A stretch of 64,000 nt of DNA from a virus: positions 17,255 to 81,254 of the IMG/VR virus record IMGVR_UViG_3300024999_000075; one strand, given 5' to 3'. This document shows positions 50,322 through 62,973 of the stretch, piece by piece. How positions within the stretch are numbered: position 1 is the first letter of the stretch; every line of letters begins with the position of its first letter. Both the position numbers and the translations under genes were made by a program. The notes below the pieces were generated by a model that was not told the origin of the DNA, did not search any database, and saw nothing but the letters and a program-made list of their open reading frames with translations.

Positions 50322-53300
50322 TCATCTCATTAAAGCTCCAGTACATGTGTTCTCAAACTCCTCCCTGAGTCTACGGTAAGCTTTAGCTTTATCAAGAGCA
50401 TCCGAAATTATTTCATCCATCCTGTCTGGATCATGTCCAGGATATCTCTGCTCTTGTGCAGCTGTCCTTAATTCTTTGTAAACAAGATTTGATAATCCTT
50501 TCAACACCCGTCTCTCATCATTTTCCACAGCTTAACACCTCCTTCTGCCTGTGAGTCCCGTACTTCATCACATAATCCACTACCTCAGCCTCATCAATCC
50601 CCAGCGAATTGTGAGTATTAGGTAAGTTACCGTTGGTTTGGATGGAGAAGCCTCTTGATCTTGGTACTGAGATTACAACTATCCTGTTGCCGTTTACATC
50701 CCACTTCTTTTTCATTGTGATTGGTAAGCCCTTGTAATGTAACATGTTTCTCACCTCACCAACCAAGTTTCGCCGTCAAACTCAACGGCAGTATAGTCCA
50801 TTTGGACATCACTAGCTGTAGCCTTCCAGTCCACCACAATCCAACTAGGAATATTCCCAACTACATCATCAGCCATTTCCTTAACGTACTCCTGAAAATC
50901 ATCTTCCAAAATGAGAGTACAATCATCCTCAATACAAGTGAACAATTGTTTCAAATCATCAAACCGCTCTTGATTGTCTCCCTTCCAATCGTCAATCTCC
51001 TCAGCTTTTTCTTTGACTCTGAGTTCCATCTCCTCAACATCTTCATCAGAAGAATCAACTCTCATCTCAGCTAACTCATCAACAAGATCCTCCCATTCAC
51101 TAGTCAAAGTGGTGAGATCGTCTTCAAGCTCATCAAGTTCTTTCTGTAAGTCACGACTGTCAAGTGTTCTGATCATTTGTTGTCCCCTTCAGCTAATTTC
51201 CTAATGAAATTCTTCACCATATCATAGGATTCCTTACTAATTTTATATGTTATTCTGTCCCATGTTATTAGCCTAATATTGTCTTCTTCCCAAACGACTG
51301 CAATCCTTTCTGGCTTTGAGCACAAATCTGTTGGTTCTACCGTCCAGACTTTACTAATTCTTTGATCATTATCAGGTAAATCCTCCAAATTACCCTCAAT
51401 AGCTGGCATACCAAAAAACTCAATTGAATTTACCTTCTTATACAAATTGCCATGAGTAGTATTTAACATAATCCACCACTTACAGCCGTCCTTCAACTGG
51501 ACCATCATACCTGTTCTCAAATCGGACATTTCATTTGTTTTCTCCTTTACTAAGTATCCATTCGCCATCTTTGTCTAATTCAAATACCACCTTACCATTT
51601 ACCCATACTGTTACAGCTGACTTAAATTCAAGTGCTGCCAATATATTGTCATGCCCAGTTGAATAACCATTGTCACTAACTGTCCATATATTTACCGGAT
51701 CTTCTCTACTCATATCCTCATCTCGACTGTAAACATTGGCCACATCACTGAAGCTACGCTCTGCCTCATCAATATCTAATCCCTCAGCAGACTTCAGGTA
51801 TTCATTCACTAAAGCACTAAAATCAATATAGAATTCGTTCCTTAACACCCACAAAGCTATAGATTTCAGCTCCTCGTCAAGAGTTTTCATTTCATCATCT
51901 CCTTGTGCTTTTAAACGAATTCCTCAGCTCCTCTTGAGCATACCCTAGCCCATAGAAACCCCAACACTCATCCCTACCATCTTCATCCAGCTCCCACTCA
52001 CCGTCAACCTTAGAGTAAGTCCAGATACATACGCCCCAAACATCACCTTCACACCAAGCTGAATACTCATTCATCACACCCTTGGCGTACTTAGCTGGAT
52101 CAGTAACATCTTCAGGAGCTATGTAGTAGCCAGCAGCATCTTCAATCTCGGTGATCTTGTCGGTCTTGGTATCCTTAACTGTCAAGGCTGTGTCATCAGC
52201 TGAATAGCCTTGGTATCTAGAATATATAAGTACTACCCTTCCTGGATTAGCTCTGACAATCCTCTTAAACTCATCAACATCTGGTCTGCTCTGAGAGTGG
52301 ATGTAATCACTGTCAAACTGGTAGAACTCACCCACATCAAACTCCACCAGTGGGTCACTTGGACACTCATCCCTGTCAAGACAACCCAGAATGGCTTTGT
52401 CTCCTTTAACATGAAGGAGAACTGAATCTTCATCCATAGCGAATGGGATGGGGAAAGACTCTTCACCATCTTCGTAGTAGTGGTAAGTATGTGATTTAAT
52501 TCCCATAACTTGTCCTCTCGTAGTAAATTTTTCTGGCTGGATGAGGTGGAGCTGTTGGTTTCGACCGAGGAATCCTTAACCTACACTCACATGGTAAGTC
52601 ATCGTGGAGGATACACTTTTTGAGACTGAGGAAACCTTTACGCTGGGTACATTTATTATTTTTGGTGTGGTAGATGCAGTCAATCCTCATTGTTGGTCTC
52701 CTATATTTCCCTGGCCAATTCTTCAACTTCACTATCCCACAAGCCAACATAAACCAGCTTCTGGTAAGTATCAACACAAGCTTTAGCTACTCTTCTGACT
52801 TCCTTGAGGTCCTCATAGCCAAGCTCATCAATCAAGTAGTCTTGAGCCAGTTCATACCCATCTTTTCCCACATAAGCATCACGTAAAACACAACCTAAAG
52901 CATCCTCAGCGGTAGCACCAGAAGGGCCGCAGAAGTAAGGGAAAGAATACTTACCGATCTTAAGCTTGTAATGACTTCTACCAGACACTTCTTTGTCTGG
53001 TCTAACATATTCAAGCTTGGCTCCGCACTTCTCGACCAGCTGCTGGATAATAGTCTTCTCCGTGAATGGAACTTCAACCCAACTCTGAATCTCCTCAATA
53101 ACTTCTGGTGGCAACTCTTCCTTCGGCCATTTTGATCCATACTTATAAGCTACACCGTCAACCAAGTAATCGGGATCTCTCAGTCTCCCTAGCTTCTCCA
53201 ATTCACTACACACAAAATCATAATGGCTTGGAGTATCGTGAGTCTTCATCCTAACTGTATTGAGGAGCTTGTTACTGATAGTGAGCTTATTATCTGAGTA

Positions 53301-53810
53301 GTCCACACCTGTTGCTAATCTATCCACTTTCCAATAGGGAACCAATACAAACCAAGTGAGCTTGTTATCCTTTAGGTTCATACCTTTTACCAGAGATAAG
53401 ATTTTCTTGTAGTTGTAATCAATCTTCTCTCTGTCATCAGTCTTACACTTATCAGCTATGATCCTTTTGAGCTGTCGCTCAGCGTCATAAATTGTAGAGT
53501 TATGTTCTCTAACCTCTCCTTTTCTCTTTTCATAGGCTGGACCTATCAAGTTATCAATCAACTCCTCTTGCTTAGGCGAGCCAGCCTTCATGTCATTGAG
53601 GTGATACTTCTTCCAGACCCGGTGGATCATAAACATCTGCTCGTGTTCGGGAAAATACTCAAGCAATTCATCTAACATCTGGCCACCCTGTTCATGGTCA
53701 GTCCCAGCTCTGTTCATACAAAATCCACTGGCTGAAAATTTTCCCTTGTCAAGCTTCCATTCTATAAAACAGTTGAGACCCTCACTATTTTTACCAAGAT
53801 ATGATTTCAT
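50322..53810 (-). CDS. Early-region hypothetical genes (50322-50528, 50518-50766, 51173-51568, 51531-51890, 51895-52506, 52496-52689, 52701-53810)
   Basis: Contiguous minus-strand ORFs with GGAG RBSs. Confidence 0.55.
50751..51176 (-). CDS. Highly acidic protein, ArdA-like / DNA mimic candidate
   Basis: Very Asp/Glu-rich; C-terminal EYVKEMADD...VDWKATASDVQMDY resembles the ArdA C-domain. Confidence 0.45.
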   Translation of the reverse strand: MIRTLDSRDLQKELDELEDDLTTLTSEWEDLVDELAEMRVDSSDEDVEEMELRVKEKAEEIDDWKGDNQERFDDLKQLFTCIEDDCTLILEDDFQEYVKEMADDVVGNIPSWIVVDWKATASDVQMDYTAVEFDGETWLVR

Positions 53811-54064
53811 ATATTTCTCCTCAAGAATTCCTCTGGATTATCTTCTCCTGTCTCATCATCATACCAGTCACACCACTCACCCTCTTCATCAAGCATTAAA
53901 AGACCACCATTGTTACAGTAGTCCGGCTTGATCTTGTTATTGAATTGAAACATATCATACCTAGCCAACACATTCATAATCTTCACACCTTCTTCCACAG
54001 ACTCTACATCCACTAAAAAAGGTTTCATTGGTACCTGCGGTATCCACCAAACTCTAAGTCTCAT
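53807..54064 (-). CDS. P22 gp17-like superinfection-exclusion-related protein
   Basis: LRVWWIPQVPMKPF.V.V.SVEEG...LA.YD.FQ......PDY.N.GGL family pattern. Confidence 0.75.
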   Translation of the reverse strand: MRLRVWWIPQVPMKPFLVDVESVEEGVKIMNVLARYDMFQFNNKIKPDYCNNGGLLMLDEEGEWCDWYDDETGEDNPEEFLRRNI

Positions 54065-57000
54065 TATTTGTCTCCTTCATTTATGACTTCACACAAGCCA
54101 GAATACCACCAACCTCCACCAATCAAAACCATATCACCCCGAACCTTCTTCACAACCCCAGTCCAGATCCCACCGTGACCGGTGTGTCTCACATACTTAC
54201 CATCTACCAACTGATCCGGAGTATAGGCACACTCCCCATTCATATTACGCCGTAGATCTCCCCGGATAGCAACCACATCTCCTGGTTTCATATGTTTCTC
54301 CCCATTACCCTCTTTATTGTTTGTAACTCAGTGTGGCCTCCAAATCCTTCCTTAAGACTAAGTTGAAGGCGTGAAATCTCAACCTTTGCTCTACTTTTAA
54401 TCTCATCCAGTAATTCTCCATCTCGTATAAGCTTCAACTGATCGGGAGAACAACATGGCTCAACCACCCAGCAGGTTCATTACTGCCTGGGCTGATCAAT
54501 CGGTGTTCAGCTTCCATTGGTTGTCCACAGATTCTGCATATGATGTTCATAGCTTACCGATCTCCTTTAGTATAGCTTGGAAGTCAGCGAGAGCCAGCTT
54601 CAACTTAAGAGTGTCAACGATAACAGCATTGTCCGTCACTGTTGAGGGGTATGAGCCACGACCCTTAACTCCATGTTGACAATCATCTCTGGTGGCTTGC
54701 CTACCATCAAGCACAGATTTCAGTTGGTAGTATCTTTCTGCCATAGCAGTCATGTATTCTTGTTGTTTCTTTTTCATTATCATCATAGCTCAACCCCATA
54801 CCAAGCGTAAATTATAGCATTAATCCAACTGTCAGCCTCATCAGTCTCAATCTCCTCCAGCCGGCGCAGGAGGATCTGGATCTCATCTTCATGTATTTCC
54901 ATATAGAGTCGATCTTGACTCTTGTTGAATGTTGACTTGGTGAAGGCTTCAAGGTGTGAGTCGATACCGAGCATGATGATTTTGGTGAAGAGTTCTGTGT
55001 CTTTGGAGTGGATGTAAGTTGAAATTTTCATTGAAGTCTCCTTTTGATTAGATCTATTTGAATATAACTGAAGGAAAGTCTTTCTTAACCTCCCTCTTAC
55101 CTTCTGCTACAGTCCTGCTGTCATAATGGCCGAGCACCCTCCCGTAAAAACCATCCATAGGCTGATTTACAGTCCAGAAGTAATAACCATTTAGTAGCTT
55201 TTCCTTCCTCGCTATAACGACCTCTTGACTTATCATTCTTAGTTCCTCCGAACGTAAGCTGACCAGTGACAATCAAACTGTCCCACATCATCAATACAAA
55301 ACACAATCTCAACCAGGCCGAGAGCCTCATGTATCATCTTAGCCACCTCGTTTGGATCATCGTTCTGGCCAGCGTGGAAGCCAGTCTCATACACATCTTT
55401 ACACATGGAGTCAACACTCTGAAACTCCACGAAGCCTGCCTCAGCCAGGGCTGGCTTCTGGAACCACTTGATTGCTCTATGTTGATAGGCTTTTGGGTCA
55501 GACCAGAAGACAAACTCCTCCAGGTAACTTTCCTGATTCCCTTCCACACATTTTCGGCAGACATAGCCATACTCAGTCGAGATGTACTGACCAACATCAC
55601 CGTAGTAGCCAGGGGTGAGGTCAATCCAGGCATTACATTCAGCACAGCCTGTCGAAGTATCAGACCATGCTAAGTTGTAGAAATTCTCTAGGTAATCGTA
55701 GAGCTGTTTGGGGACTGGATTCCAGTCCGAGGCTAAAGTTACTTTCTCTGTGTCTTCACCTGGCTTGTAGATGTAGAGTTCCCAATTGTGTTTCTCGAAG
55801 TGATTGATGATTGTTTGTAAGGTGATCTCTTTCATCCTCGTCTCATCCTCTGGTAGTTTTCTTTATCCTCTGGACAATAAGTATAATAGCAACCATACCT
55901 GTCGATCCATACAACTTTTGGGAACCCATCTTTAATAGGTTGTTCAAAACCATCAGGTAAAGGTATGTTGTAGTGTTTGATAAGCTCATAAAGGAAATCC
56001 TCATCATGATAACTTTCAAGAGAATCCTCTATCAACACCCTGTGAAGCTCCTCCACTGATTTGATGTCAAAGTGGAGATCAAAATCATAAGGTAATTTTG
56101 TGTAGGTCATTTCTTCACCTCCTTCAATATTAACTCCACAAACTCCAACAAATCATAAAAGGTATTCTCAACCTCCTCATAACCCCAAGCGTGGGATTGT
56201 TCATATGCCTGTGCGTAAACTATTTCGCAGATTCCCTTGGGATGATTTACAGAAGCAAACAGTTCCCGCGCATACTCCACCGCTAGCCTAGCAGCGTCCT
56301 CCCTATACAACTCCCCTGCTTTATTATAACCCTCCCTATCGACCACCTTGTCATAGTTACATTTAGGGTTAGCCTTTTGGTGTTTGAGAAACTCTTGATA
56401 GCCAACACCATCAAGGATAACCTTCCCTTCCTTATACACAAACCACTTGGTGAAATCATTTATAGTTGGGTAAGGAACCTCTGTCTCATGCCTATCTTTA
56501 CTATATATCATGTTTTCTCCCCTAAAACGCTGGACCATATTCAATGGCAAAGAGTGGCATACCACTCCGAGCATCGACCAACACTACATTGTACTGATCA
56601 TCTTCAATCGCCACTCGCTTCTTACTAGCTGTCACTACATAACCCTCCCGCTTGAACCACAGGCGGAAATCTCTTTCCGTCTTGAGTTTCTCGAAATCTT
56701 CTTTGGAGATGTCGCCAACTTTGTACCATTGGTTCCAGGTCCATCCGCCTTCCGGCTCGGCCCAAGCATCTATTGATAAGACTTTCATGGTTATTTCTCC
56801 TCACTTCAAAATGACTGTAAATCCATTAATATAATCCCTACCAAAATATAGAGTTGGCGGGCATAAATACTTTTTACACACTACCACTATATGCTGCCTG
56901 TGTGTTCTCGCTGTCTCCAGAGACGCATACATTCTAGCGTCTACTGCTTTATCAAAGAACATTAGACTCCTCCTCTGGCAGTTTCCACCCGTTAAGCAAC

Positions 57001-59674
57001 CATAGACCTATTGAAAGTATTTTCATTCCTCGCCCCTCCATCCTGACTTCTTTGGATTTCTCCTAGCCCACGTGTCCAGGATATCATTATTAAACTCATC
57101 AGCTAGAGCAGTATAAACATCACCAATACTCAAGAGATCGTCAGTTGTCATGTCATTGACATATTCTTTGAGGATCTCGTAGAACTCATCGTCAGTCATC
57201 TTGGAATAATCAATCATTATTTTGTCCCTCCTCTGGAAGTTTCCATTGCTCAACTGCAATGATTTCTTGACTCTCCCCAGCTGACCATGAAGTCCTCCCA
57301 TAAGTAAATACAAACATCACATCGCCGTCGAAGCAAGCATAATGATAATTACACCACTTCCCGTCCCTCCAAGCTTGCACTCTATCATCCACCCTTAACT
57401 CAGGCAAGGGCATGATCACGTTCCCATTGACAACCTGCCGAAGGGATTGTTTGTAGTCGTCTCCCAGATCCAGATCGTCAAACATTTCAGTGTAGACTGT
57501 GATGTAATTTTCTGTATACCAGTTAGTAGAAATAGGCGGTCCAGGTCTTTTGGTATGGAACTTGATTGCCCCGTCACAATCTTGAGTTAGAAATCCGTTT
57601 TTGATTTTCATTTAGTGTCTCCATATTTGAAATTTTTAGGAAAAGATGTCCTGAAGGAAAATATAAATATTAATAGATATCATTTCCACAAACTACTCCC
57701 TCAATTATGAGGTCAGTCATAATAAAAGGATCTATCATTTTGATGGGATGGGCCTCAACCGATCTTCTTACATCCCCACATTTCATACTACATCCTGATA
57801 AGAATACAAGAACTAATACGAGCAGTAGTTTCTTCATGGTCTTTGTCTCCTATTAACTGACGTTTGTGAGAGTTTCTTCGTAATCCACATCAACCCCCAT
57901 CTCATCCTCATAGTCATAAATCGCCTTCTCGATATATTCCCACAATATATCCTGGGCTCCCTCTCTTGAATCAGCTTTCTGCTTAAGTATTTCTGAACTG
58001 ATGAAAGACCCTGATTCTGCTTCAAAATAGGTGATTCTAAATTCAAATATGTTCATTTGTCCGGTACCTCCACTTCAATAGCCTCGGCCATCGTACAGTA
58101 CTTTTTCTGCTCTTGTATTCTAGCCAAGAACAATTTAAGGAAGTCACGAAAGACTTCTTGCCTGTTCTGGGCGTTGTTCTGGGTGTAGTTCATATACACC
58201 TCAACCTCCCCACTACTAGAGACATAGACTCCCAACTCGTCCATATAGATCCGGACATTCACGCAGCTGGCAGCAAATATCGCCAACTCTACATTTCCCA
58301 GATGTTTGGCCTGGAACTCAACATAGCCATCGAGTACAACCTCTACTTTATTGAAATCATTGGTAACTTGTTGGACTCTAATGGATTTTCCTGATTTCAT
58401 CTTGAACCAATCTTTAGCAGTGATGAATTCGCCTTTGTCGTTACGGAAATTTCTCTTCATTTGGTTGTCTCCTCTTGATTTTATTATTTACTACCTACCC
58501 ATTTATCTCTCCAGCCGCCTTTACTGTAATACGCTACTATTGTAATACATGGCGATGGTGTAGCTAGAAATGCTTTATACAAACCCTCTGTGGTTTTAAA
58601 GTACCTGTGTAGAGATGCTCCACCCCCTGGATCTTCAACCCACTTACCTTTTGACCACCACAGCCCTCGCCGGAACATGTAATGAAGTGATTTTCTTCTT
58701 CTCACGAAAATTCTCCCATAATATAATCCCAAGTCCCCACTCCGTGACCAATACAGTGCCTTCCATCCACCTTGTGCCTGACAAGGCCGCTCGGCCCAGG
58801 TTCAGCGTAGTTTCTTTCGTAATCAAAGTTACTATTTGTCCTTGGCCACGATCTCACCATGATGATACCAAGAAGTTTGTCAAGAGAAATTGCCTCTCCA
58901 TACTCATCCTTGATAGTATAAGTGTATTGATCCTGACATAGTTCCTTCCAATCCTCAAGACTACTCAGCCCTAACTCAGGGATGACATGAAGAGAGAAGC
59001 ACCAACCGCCTGATGATTTGCCAATGTGGAGAGGCTCTGGTTGATGTTTACAGTGTGGACATTCTTCTTGGTGGAGATAGTAATTTGTTCCCATTTTATT
59101 TCACCTTCTCCAATATTGCATTTAGCGCCCAGTACTCCGGGTTGATAAATCCAGTTATAGTGGTACTGAAACAGATGCCAATTATGATCATAACAAGACC
59201 AAAGCCTAATGCCCCCACACAATAGAGATAAAATCTTGCTTCCTTGTCTTCAACTCTTTTCAACAAGATAAAAGAAACATATCCTACTGCACACCAGAAT
59301 AGGTAGATGAAAACATCCACCGCGCTAGACACAAATGCTTGCCTAACCATTATTTCCCATAGGTGCTCTGTAGCTACTCCTAGTTTTACTGCCATCACAT
59401 TCAACATTTCTACAACCTTTTCTTCTACCATTTTCGTGTTCTCCTTTTTAATTAGATCTAGTTAGATTTCATCCAGCCAATTACAGCCAATCTCTGTAAC
59501 CCATGTTACAAGAGGAAATATCTTACCTTCTCCACCCCAACCCTCCAGCTCAAGAAGTAGACAAACACCTTGAGCCTCCTCTTTGGTATTGTGCTTATCT
59601 GTGGTGGTATTTTCTCCGCTATCCCAGCATTTTGCTTCTGGTGGCCATTTAGCGTTGGATGTGTAGACTTTCAT
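54064..59674 (-). CDS. Array of about 20 small early hypothetical genes
   Basis: Dense same-strand ORFs (e.g. 55239-55835, 56107-56511, 56522-56788, 57210-57611, 58053-58460, 58702-59094, 59096-59431), mostly acidic. Confidence 0.55.
57670..57837 (-). CDS. Small lipoprotein (55 aa, not in ORF track)
   Basis: MKKLLLVLVLVFLSGC lipobox; AGGAG RBS. Confidence 0.7.
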   Translation of the reverse strand: MKKLLLVLVLVFLSGCSMKCGDVRRSVEAHPIKMIDPFIMTDLIIEGVVCGNDIY

Positions 59675-59958
59675 TCTTCTTCAACCTCCTCAAGTTTAAA
59701 TGCTAGCCTTCTCCAATACTTGTGTCCTTGTAACGTATAACACCATGTAAATACTGTTGTCAGATAATAGCCTGGAATAAAGTTAATACCCTACCCTCCC
59801 CGCCTTGCTAATTCCGGCGCTACATGCAGAAGATAGCTAGCAGCGTCATGATCTATCTCTGCTACCTTGTCAATAAGTTGCTGGTAGTTTTCATAGTCTC
59901 TCATCTTCAATCCCTCCACTGTGTTATAATTTCTTCAATCTCCCTGTAAGCCTTATGT

Positions 59959-61242
59959 TTAAGCATATAACAACTCCTTAGCTTTAGTTAATAAATCCAA
60001 TGTATTATTTACTTCCTCTCCCTCTTCAATCACATATTGCAGTAAATCTTTCTGAAGCCTCCCGACAATTGGTCCAGGCTCCAGAAACAAAAGGTGAATC
60101 AACTCACCACCAGATATTGCCAAACTATGAGTTGACAATGTAACTTTCTCCTCTTGTTGAAACGCTCTAATCATTTCTTTGATTTCAGAAATGGTATAGG
60201 GATCTTTGTTAAGATTAGCTCTGTGATCAGCAATCCTAAGTCGCAAGAAATCCTCCCAGGTCAGATTATAAGTAGCAAGTTTCGCTACCAGCTTCCTAAT
60301 GGATTTTGGTGAAGATCCTTTGATGACAGTATGCATATGTAACTTCGTCAAACCAACTACAGCATTAATCCACTCATTGCTGAATTTAAGGTATGTGAGC
60401 AACTTTTGATTGATCTCAGCCTCAAGGTCATGATGGCAGATAAAGCTCCTATCATCGGGATTGTAGGCTGCTGGCTTGCCAATATCATGCAAATATCCTG
60501 CTAATTTTACCATTGGGTACTTGGGGCTGATGGCATCACCTGTTAGCATTAGGTGTTGGAATACATCTTCTAAATGGAAATTACCTCCGTCATGTTTCCA
60601 ACACCGCTCCAGATCCGGGAACACTGTGCATAAACTATTCATATCTTTCAAAGCCTCAAAGAAGAAAGATGTCCATCTAGCTTCCAAGGATTTAATTAAC
60701 TCTAATTGAATTCTCTCTGGCTTAATTCCATCTAACAGATTAGACAGAAGAGAGGCTGAACTTATAGTCCTTTGAGATAGATATAACCCTCCAGTAGTAA
60801 ACCTAGCAGCCCTCAAAATCCTCACTGGGTCTTCCTTGATCCTGTCATAAGCCCACCCAACAAAATTAATTAATTTATATTTTATGTCCCTCCTTCCTTT
60901 ATGGAGATCAATTAGTATCCCATCAAAAGACATTGCCATAGCGTTTATAGAAAAGTCCCTTCTGGCTAGATCTTCCTCAATGGTGTCTGTGTATCGGCAG
61001 TTGTCCCCTACGTCAGCTCTAAAAGTTGCAAATTCAAATCCATCAACGATGACTACACCGAAATGAGCACCGACAAAGTTCACCTTATGACCTTGAAATA
61101 CTTCAACAATCTGTCCAGGTGTAGCTTTGGTAGCGTAGTCATAGTCTTTTGGAGTCTTACCAAGCAGGATATCGCGTACTGCTCCTCCAACAAGGTAGGT
61201 TGGATAGTGGTTGTTCAGTTTCTGCCACAGCTCTCTGGACAT
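59959..61242 (-). CDS. cca: tRNA nucleotidyltransferase (class II CCA-adding family) with HD domain
   Basis: YLVGGAVRD..LG..PKDYD, EDLARRDFSINAMA, EDPVRILRAARF, ERIQLEL, H...LHDIGKP. Confidence 0.92.
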   Translation of the reverse strand: MSRELWQKLNNHYPTYLVGGAVRDILLGKTPKDYDYATKATPGQIVEVFQGHKVNFVGAHFGVVIVDGFEFATFRADVGDNCRYTDTIEEDLARRDFSINAMAMSFDGILIDLHKGRRDIKYKLINFVGWAYDRIKEDPVRILRAARFTTGGLYLSQRTISSASLLSNLLDGIKPERIQLELIKSLEARWTSFFFEALKDMNSLCTVFPDLERCWKHDGGNFHLEDVFQHLMLTGDAISPKYPMVKLAGYLHDIGKPAAYNPDDRSFICHHDLEAEINQKLLTYLKFSNEWINAVVGLTKLHMHTVIKGSSPKSIRKLVAKLATYNLTWEDFLRLRIADHRANLNKDPYTISEIKEMIRAFQQEEKVTLSTHSLAISGGELIHLLFLEPGPIVGRLQKDLLQYVIEEGEEVNNTLDLLTKAKELLYA

Positions 61243-61254
61243 TTGGTGTCTCCT

Positions 61255-62232
61255 TCACTGGTTAAATACGCAACTCTCAGCTGATGGACTTCTAGAGTTT
61301 AGGTCAGGAACATTGAGCAGTTTATCTACATCTCCTGCCTTATCTGGTTGATATCCCATCACAGTCTCAGTCTCAAGCGTATAGCACGACATCCCTATTT
61401 CAGGATCAAACTTTTTGACATAGGCTTGGATGGTATCTCCGTCTTCAAATATAAAAGTAAATTCAGTACCTTCCATGGCTTTGGCTTCTTGAATGTTCAT
61501 TTTATTGCCTCCTTCACCTCATTAAACTCTCTTAGTGTAACCCTCATAGCCCTTGACTTGGTGCCAGGGATCTGAGCCACACCATTGATGAATGTGTATT
61601 TATCCTGACCATCAAATTTAATGATGGGCTTAGTTTTGATTTTCACCTAGCTACCTCTCAGTAAATGGATTTACTCAGTAGTGATACCGTAGCATATAGA
61701 AGATCATTCAACTCTTGGTTTATTACTATTCTTTGTTTATCCTCACCAAAAGCAAGCATTAAACTCCCCAAAGCCCACATCACACCTCTTGCTTTGCCCA
61801 ATTCAGCCTGTGCCTTGAGTGGGTTCTGTTTTGCTCTACCGAGGTAGAATGTAACAGTTTCCCTCATAACCTCTATCGTATTTTCTATGTTTAATTCTTG
61901 CATAGTAGTCTCACCCATACATCATTGTGTTCTTCACAATCCAAACCCTCTGCTAGCCACCTAAGGACGTAGTAGCTTCCCTCAAACTTCTCACCTGAGA
62001 GTTTCCCATCGTAATACAAAGTGGTAGTATCCTTCACCACTGTTAGCAACCACGGATGGGTGATGGTAACTTTGTCGTTGAGGAAATTCCCAATCATCCG
62101 CAACCTCCGCAATTCAGCCTCAATCTCCTCAGCTTCGTGGATGAGATCATCAGCGTAAGGGTCGAAGCCAATATTGTTGAGTATGGTTTGGAGTTCTTCT
62201 CTGAGTTTGTTTTGAAGCTCTTGTATTTTCAT
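61255..62232 (-). CDS. Hypothetical genes (61255-61500, 61658-61903, 61891-62232)
   Basis: Contiguous minus-strand ORFs. Confidence 0.5.
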
Positions 62233-62933
62233 TTCACGCCCTCCAACATTTTTATAGCAAAACCTATCATCTCCACACATCTGTCATAATCTTGGCACAG
62301 ATCCCGGTAGACACCAGCTGAGGTTATACGCTCCCACTCTTCTACTGTGTGAAGCTTACACCCAACCTGTATGAAATTTTGATACATGGTGATATGGAAC
62401 TCACACCCATGTACTATACACATAGGAGAGATGACGATTTTAGCATCGCCAGAGACCCGAGCATCGCCATAGACCTGAGCATCGCTAAAGACCTGAGCAT
62501 AGCCAGAGACCCGAGCATTGCCAAAGACCTGAGCATTGCCATAGACCTGAGCATTGCCATAGACCCGAGCATTGTCAGAGACCCAAGCATTGCCAAAGAC
62601 CCAAGCATCGCCAAAGACCCAAGCATCGCCAAAGACCCAAGCATTGTCAGAGACCCAAGCATCGCCAAAGACCCAAGCATCGCCAAAGACCCAAGCATTG
62701 TCAGAGACCCGAGCATTGTCAGAGACCCGAGCATTGCCAGAGACCCGAGCATTGTCAGAGACCTGAGCATCGCCATAGACCTGAGCATTGTCAGAGACCC
62801 AACAGTTACCATCTTGAGCCAAGTTATTTTCATTTTCAATCAAGCCACCAAGATCGCCTACCTCTACATCACTAAAAGTGATGAGGGCTTTGATTCTAAA
62901 CATGCTGTTTTCTGGTATGAGTTCGTATTTCAT
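62229..62933 (-). CDS. Hexapeptide-repeat left-handed beta-helix protein
   Basis: RIKAL..F..V..GDLGG.IE.E.NL N-terminus, about 20 A-x-V-x-G/D-N/D repeats, IQVGC..H C-terminus. Confidence 0.85.
   Translation of the reverse strand: MKYELIPENSMFRIKALITFSDVEVGDLGGLIENENNLAQDGNCWVSDNAQVYGDAQVSDNARVSGNARVSDNARVSDNAWVFGDAWVFGDAWVSDNAWVFGDAWVFGDAWVFGNAWVSDNARVYGNAQVYGNAQVFGNARVSGYAQVFSDAQVYGDARVSGDAKIVISPMCIVHGCEFHITMYQNFIQVGCKLHTVEEWERITSAGVYRDLCQDYDRCVEMIGFAIKMLEGVK
62445..62804 (-). repeat. 18-bp coding tandem repeat, about 20 units
   Basis: Recurring (c/a)agcat(t/c)g(c/t)ca...agac units. Confidence 0.95.
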
Positions 62934-62973
62934 TGTTTTCTCCTTTTAATTAGATGTAGTTAGAAACTCTTAT

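Noticed and set aside
469-61575. Numerous short opposite-strand ORFs in the track (e.g. 469-684, 11761-12321, 43482-44096)
   Set aside because: They are shadows fully overlapping well-supported genes and have no recognisable motifs.
62445-62804. Tandem repeats as a CRISPR array
   Set aside because: No unique spacers; units are contiguous in-frame hexapeptide codons.
62349-62963. Long alternative-frame ORFs over the 18-bp repeat
   Set aside because: Open frames are a by-product of a stop-free repeat unit; no RBS or domain support.
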